A DNA stretch of 64,000 nucleotides from Lingula anatina (lineage: Eukaryota; Animalia; Brachiopoda). Shown piece by piece: positions 53,271 to 64,000 of the stretch. The position numbers and the translations under genes are program-made. A model generated the notes under the pieces. It was not told the origin of the DNA. It did no database searches and was given only the letters and a program-made list of their open reading frames with translations. Numbering within the stretch: position 1 is the stretch's first letter; every line of letters starts with the position of its first letter. The DNA is taken from the NCBI GenBank assembly GCA_051362555.1, contig CM120641.1, positions 42,042,401 to 42,106,400 of the forward strand. Direction: 5' to 3'.

Positions 53271-56200
53271 TCAAGGTTCATCTTTAGTTATTTTTTGAAG
53301 CTTTTTCACCCTGTTAACTGCTCTCTTACGTTGCTTTTTCTTTTGTGCTGCAGCTTTCTCCTTCTTCCTTATTCTCTGCTGAGCCAGTTTTTCTTTTTTC
53401 TTGGCCTTTGCTGCAGCCGCCTTCGCAAGTTTTTTTGCTCTAGTCAGTGCCATTTTTTCACGCTTTTTGGCAATAATTGCTGCATTTCTTTCTTTTTTCA
53501 ATTGTTGTGAGTAACCTCGCACTAGCTCTGGGTGACCTTCTGCACTAACTTTCTGTTCCCATGCAACAAGGTTCTTCTCATATTCTGCCTTTTCTTCAGC
53601 ATATGCCTTCTTAAATTCCTATGGAGGAAGATGCATATATTACATGAAACTAGTTGTATCACCCAGAATCTAAATTTACACCTACAAGAAATAACTAAAG
53701 ATGAATTTTGTAACAAAGAGAATCACAACCGCATCTCTATGTATGCAAAACTTCAATGCCATTGAAGTCTGGGACAACATTTTTTTAACTCTTTTCTGCT
53801 TGCCCTCTGAGACTTGCCCTCTGACCTAACAATCTACCAGTCAAAACAGCAAAAATATTGGACCAGTAACTGTACAAATTTACATTTAATTTTATCGGAC
53901 CAGATCGAATTCCAATGATATTTTTACCTAGAATGTGTGTAAACATGGAAACCTCCAATCATTACCTCCATTATTTGTTTTGCATTCACTCAGCCAGATA
54001 GATATGACCTACTAGTCATTATGTATAATAATATGTACCTGTTTATCATCTTCAGGCATTCTCCTCCACATCTGTGCACATCCAGACATATACTGCGTCA
54101 CTGGGGCCTCCCCACGGTCCACCATCTTGGATGCCGCAAAGCGCAGAAATGCACTCACAGGCTTCTTAGGTTTCTCTAGCTTGTGAAGCATCTAAAAGGC
54201 ACAAGACTCAGGACGTACTATGTGACATATCAGATAGGAATTTGAAAGACCCATTCCTGTTGAAACGCATTTTGACTAAAACCCCAAACACAAGTTGCTC
54301 TGAAATCAAATTAAGCCACTCTGTAGCCACAATTGCAATTAAGTCAAATTCGTAGGAATCTTACCAATGAAAGAAAAGACAAAAAAATCTAGATAATTAT
54401 AACCATTAAGATTTCATGATGAAAGGAAAACAATCTGATAGTGCACATTTCAAAATTTCATCTACATTTCAACGTCACAGTTAACCCCAAAATGATTAAA
54501 ACACATAGTTCCTGGAAGAAGTTACAAGGAATGTGCACAACTCCCTCTAGCAACTACACAAATCTAGGTGACAGATATACATGTGCAGGGCATTGAAACT
54601 ACAGACACACCCTTACACCCCATTTCCATAGATTAGATCGACCTACTTTAGATCGACCTAACTCCCTGGGGGTTCACGCTAAATAGCTGTCAGCCGGGCG
54701 GACACGAAAGTTAATTATCCCCTTACAGCTTGTAGTAGGCGGGACGGACATTTAAGTCGGATTATCTGAAAGTAATCTAGTGAGACTCCCCGCGGGGATA
54801 GATCGATCTAAAATCTATGGGAATAGAGCCTTACTTACAGCCTTTGTTCTCCTTCTTTCCAGTTTCTGTTTTCTGGTTCTGCCTTGCTCTCCCAACATCT
54901 CTCTTTGCTCTGGAGACAGACTCTGTATGAAGGCCTCATACTTTTCATGGTACTTATCAAGCTCCTTTTTAGCTGCATTAACATACATCTAGAGGACAAA
55001 TACAAAAATAAATAAATACTAATAATAAAAAAATAACATTAATAATAAAATCAATCAATAAATAAATAATGAATTAATAAATAAAATAATGATAATATTT
55101 AAAAAATTTGTAATCCGTTATGTGCAAAATTTTTTTGGACATTCGTTATTTTGTATTATGCCATATATATATACAACTGTGTTGTTAGAGAATTAAAACT
55201 GTGCCATATGATGAAGGAACTATCCTCATGAAAAGATTCAAATGCTAGATTATTTTTCTTAATTTCATAACATTCCAGACTTCTGAATGGATACTTACCG
55301 CTTTCTCATCTGTATTCAATGATTTCCACATTGCACCAGCAATTTTTGAAAGTTCAGTGTTTTTGATGTCTGAAAGAGAATCACGTAACTTACATGAGAC
55401 AGAAGAAATAACTTATGAACTCCCAATTGTAAATTTTAATCACACAACATTGCATCAAATTTTATGGGCAAATCTTTTAATTTTCACAACTTTTGAAGAA
55501 GAATATGGAGAAGTGGGCCTTTATCAATGATAATAAAAACAATCTATACTTGTCCAGAGGCCCTGCTTAACCACCAGCCAGAGCAGAAATACACTGGCAC
55601 CGAAAAGTCAATAAGAAGTTTACCTTTAAATGGAAAGAGTTAAGAAACTGGCGTGAACAAGGACATGCATAACTACTGAACACTTACCTGGATTCTCATT
55701 TTTGATATCGGACCTCTTGGCATTTAAGAAACTTAAAAAACTAGATGGGGGCTTTTTAGGTGGAACTATTTTTTCTTGACTGGCACATGCTACTGGTGTG
55801 TAGTGGATGCTCCTGGAAAGAAAACCAAATACAAAGTTCATGCTCTCGCCCTAAATGCGGTTGGTTTAACAGATTAACAAGCCTCTTGGCACTGAGTAAA
55901 ATACAGAAAAGCTGGTGATTATACAGGTGCTTGGGAAACAAGAGGCGGCGTGTTAATCTGTTTAATTGATTGCATTTAGCGAGAGTTCCTACAGAGTTGC
56001 ATCAGTCTATGTAGAGCAATAGTGTCATTGGGAATAAGCCCTAAGATGAGACCCCTTGTATTGTAGTAAATCCTGCCTTTCGGTTACCTAACTTGAAGCC
56101 ATGCCCAGTTACACTATAAGAGTGCATTCCCAGAATTTTAGATCGATCCATCTGGATCGACCTAACTCCTTGGGGGTTCACGCTAAATAGCTGTCAGCCG

Positions 56201-57765
56201 AGCGTGTACCATAGTTAATTATCCCCTTACAGCTTTTAGTAGGCGGGACAGACAATTAACTAAGCCGGCTGAGCTGAGAGTAATCTAGTGAGACTCCCCA
56301 CAGGGATAGATCGATCTAAAATCTGTGGGAATGGGGTCTATAAGTATAGTAAAGTAAAATACTAAAGAAACAGTAATCTCATTTGAGTGAGCACCACTGG
56401 GCTTTGATATCTACTTACCCTTCTAAAAGACCAGATTAGTTTAGATTGTCACATTGGGGCTTATAAAAGAGATAATCCCCACCCCCCTGGGGATGGTAAA
56501 TATATGTTAGGACCAGTCAAACTGGTACAGTATAGAAAACTGCACTGTTTTATGTGACAATGATCTAACAGTACACCCGATGCTCCCTGTCAATATGGTA
56601 CAAAGGTCAGTACATAAATGCCAGCATAGACACACAACACTATGCCCAAACCTAACAATTAAACAAGCATATATAAAATTTGGGTGACCACTGCCTGCTT
56701 CAATTATAGGCCTTTTTATAATGAATACCAAATTAAATGGTGCAGCTTTATTCCTTTTAGTGTTGTTATGTTCAAAGTTTGCATTATAAAACCAAATTTA
56801 AAAACAGTCTTTCTATTTATGACTCTGTTCACATTCTGCCTCAAAGCTAAAAACAAATTATCCTGCGATAAATGACATTTTCCCCCCAATTTACCAACCT
56901 TTAATCTTCCTTTCCTGACACTCACCATTACTCTGTCACTATTTTCGAAAAAAGAAACCTGCATTTAAGGGGAGGTTTTTCAAATACACCGTTCAACTTC
57001 CACTGATTCAACTTCCAGGTATCACAGGACACACACTCTCTTTGAACAGACTGTGTCAAGATGGCAAACTACCAAGGTTGGACAGGGGACAGTGAATAAT
57101 TGTCTATGTTATACTGATTGGGGCTATTTATCTGTCATTTTATGTTTTAAATGTTTTAATTGCCCTCTGATAAGTCCAACAGGAAGCGATCCATGCACTT
57201 GGAATGTGTTAAAAACCCTACTTTGTGTCGTTAATTAAAATATATATCAATGACTGTCACTAATAATTAACATTAATTTAAATTCTTGCCAATATTTTTG
57301 TTTTTAAATTTTTTTAAATTAGAATTTTTTACAAATATTTTTATGTCTGCCGATAATAACCGCAGTTGACGGACCTTTGAAGACGCTCACTTAATTGACG
57401 TCAATGGTCCTCGCAACACAGCGTTTATCAGGCTAGTAGCGTTTATATTTCCTTGCCCCTCATTCTTTTCTATATAACAATGTAAGACAACAAATTCAAA
57501 CTTGCATTAGTTTCTAATTATTTAAAGAAAAGGTTCTTAGGATTCGTTTGACGTGCAAAGGCTTGTCAAATGAAGTATCTTGTCTCGCTGAAGTCTCTCC
57601 ACGATTTGCATCCCAAAGTAGCATAGCATAGATTAAGATTAGCATAATAACGACTCCTTTTCTTCATATCTATATTGCACCACATACAAACCTTGCATAA
57701 CAAACAGAAGAACTTTCAAAAAGTCGCAACTTTCCGAAGCTGAGCTTCAAAACACGCAGGGCCAT
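53271..57765 (-). CDS. TFAM: Mitochondrial transcription factor A (two HMG boxes), about 306 aa. Exons 57692-57765, 55688-55812, 55299-55369, 54839-54988, 54039-54191, 53271-53618
   Basis: Mitochondrial presequence-like start (MALRVLKLSFGKLRLF). HMG box A reads PPKKPPSSFLSF...NPDIKNTELSKIAGAMWKSL, followed by a basic linker. HMG box B reads KPKKPVSAFLRF...MWRRM...Y..EKAEY...WE....EGHPELVR, followed by a basic tail. Confidence 0.88.
54615..54833. mobile_element. MITE family 2, copy 1 (TFAM intron 4); second copy at 56125-56340 (TFAM intron 1)
   Basis: Two copies of about 210 bp share GATCGACCTAACTCC..GGGGGTTCACGCTAAATAGCTGTCAGCCG...AGTTAATTATCCCCTTACAGC...AGTAATCTAGTGAGACTCCCC...GGGATAGATCGATCTAAAATCT. 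The ends are inverted (ATTCCCA.AGATTTTAGATCGA) and copy 1 is flanked by TTA. Confidence 0.85.
56125..56340. mobile_element. MITE family 2, copy 2
   Basis: See 54615-54833. Confidence 0.85.
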
Positions 57766-58126
57766 TTTCCCTCCTTGGAAAACTAGGTCACTCTGCACAT
57801 GTTCCGGAAGGCTGGAACGAAAAACAAGAATCGAAAACAAATTGATATCTAGAAGAAAACCTCTAAAAAGTTCCCAATTGACAGATAGCACATACATGTT
57901 TTCGTTGAAGTTGTACATATTCATCCAAATGCTATTTGCAAAGTTATTTTAAAATTGAATTAAATTATATTAGTCTTGTAAAATGAGTGCTCGCCCTGAC
58001 GTCAAACACCCACACAAACAATCCGAGCAGAAAAGAAGACGAACTGCAGTGAAGAGGAAAGTAACCTAACCATATTTTGCAGTTGATAGACGACTCAGAC
58101 AAAAAAACGCGTCTCTTGTGGAAATT
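57766..58126. promoter_or_regulatory. Bidirectional promoter between TFAM and CPE
   Basis: Divergent ATGs are separated by 361 bp. Full CRE TGACGTCA at 57997-58004 and ETS/GABP-like TTCCGGAAG at 57802-57810. Confidence 0.65.
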
Positions 58127-62964
<4,838 letters not shown>

Positions 62965-62995
62965 GTGAGTTATCTTCACAGTCTCTTTATCTCTT

Positions 62996-63030
<35 letters not shown>

Positions 63031-64000
63031 TCCATTAACAGTACTTGTTGCTTACATAAGATAGCACTGTATTAAACGGACTTGGGTAGAAATTCTCATT
63101 TGATCTTTTATGATGCTATTTTGAGGGAAATGATCCTCAGCGAAACAGTCAAAGTTATGATTATGTAAGACCAACAAAGGATGCAGCTGATACCACTGAA
63201 AATAGAACTGTAGAGTTATCTTTCTGACGTAGTAATTTGCACCTGATCTGTAGTTTAGTATGAAGGATGGATAGAGATGATGTTGTCTCATGTATATGGT
63301 GTTGTCTCACCCTCTGACATTAACGTCATTTGCACCTGATCTGCTGCGTGAACAGGAAGGATGAACAGAAGGGATGTCACTAACAATATCCTTTAGCATT
63401 TATCTAGTGGATTCTTGGAATTAGAAATCATTACATGTCAGGAGAACCCTAATGATGTATTTTAATAAGGTTTACTTTGTCTGGTAGTCAGTATGACATT
63501 TACTAGCAGTGGTTACTGATTTTGATTATGACATGTATTAATTTAACTGCTGCTGAAGATTATTCAATTAATGTGTGTGTAATAAAGGAATGGATGATGT
63601 TCAAATGGACTTACATAACAGACATTACTGCAACAGTTGATGAAAAAATCAAATAATATTTGGGCAAAAAGCTTGAAATAGGACAGCATTACTTTTAATC
63701 AGTAATGATATTGGAAATGGATGATAATGAAGATTGGGTGCATCCTGACATTTAATCAGAGGAAAAATAACCTAGAGATCTTGTATGAAAAAAAAAAATG
63801 CTATTTTTATATTTTTGCCAGATAATACTAAAGGTGCAATGAATGTTACAGAGAAGTGTTCACTCAAGGTTAATAAGAAAAAAGGATGAAAAAAAGAAAA
63901 GAATGACCAATTTTTCAAAAATTGTCACAAGCCTGAATTGGCAAGATTGCAGTGACTATGTGCAAGCAACAGTTTTTATGGCACATTAACTGTGGATTCT

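Overview
AT-rich, intron-rich animal genomic DNA. The gene content points to a lophotrochozoan such as a mollusc or brachiopod, but this is inference. The left half holds two tandem chitin synthase paralogs on the minus strand. Copy B is complete (17 coding exons, 36863->18985, about 1717 aa by my splice model). Copy A starts at 15603 and runs off the left edge after 11 exons. The 10-kb second intron of copy A contains an antisense nested gene that the ORF track splits into unrelated pieces. Phase-compatible splice sites join a signal peptide + prohormone-like exon (Gln N-terminus, F-G-K-R amidation/cleavage site, two Cys-terminated helices) to a QPD-type C-type lectin domain; this is the most novel candidate in the window. 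The same intron of copy B instead holds a 5'-truncated L1/Tx1 LINE. The right half has two head-to-head gene pairs, SLC25A16/CAMLG and TFAM/carboxypeptidase E, with a decayed Gypsy LTR element between them. TFAM has an unusually long Lys/Ala-rich C-tail. MITEs, LINE remnants, palindromes and microsatellites are scattered throughout. All exon models were read by eye from GT/AG sites, reading-frame phase and recognisable protein motifs; no database search was run.
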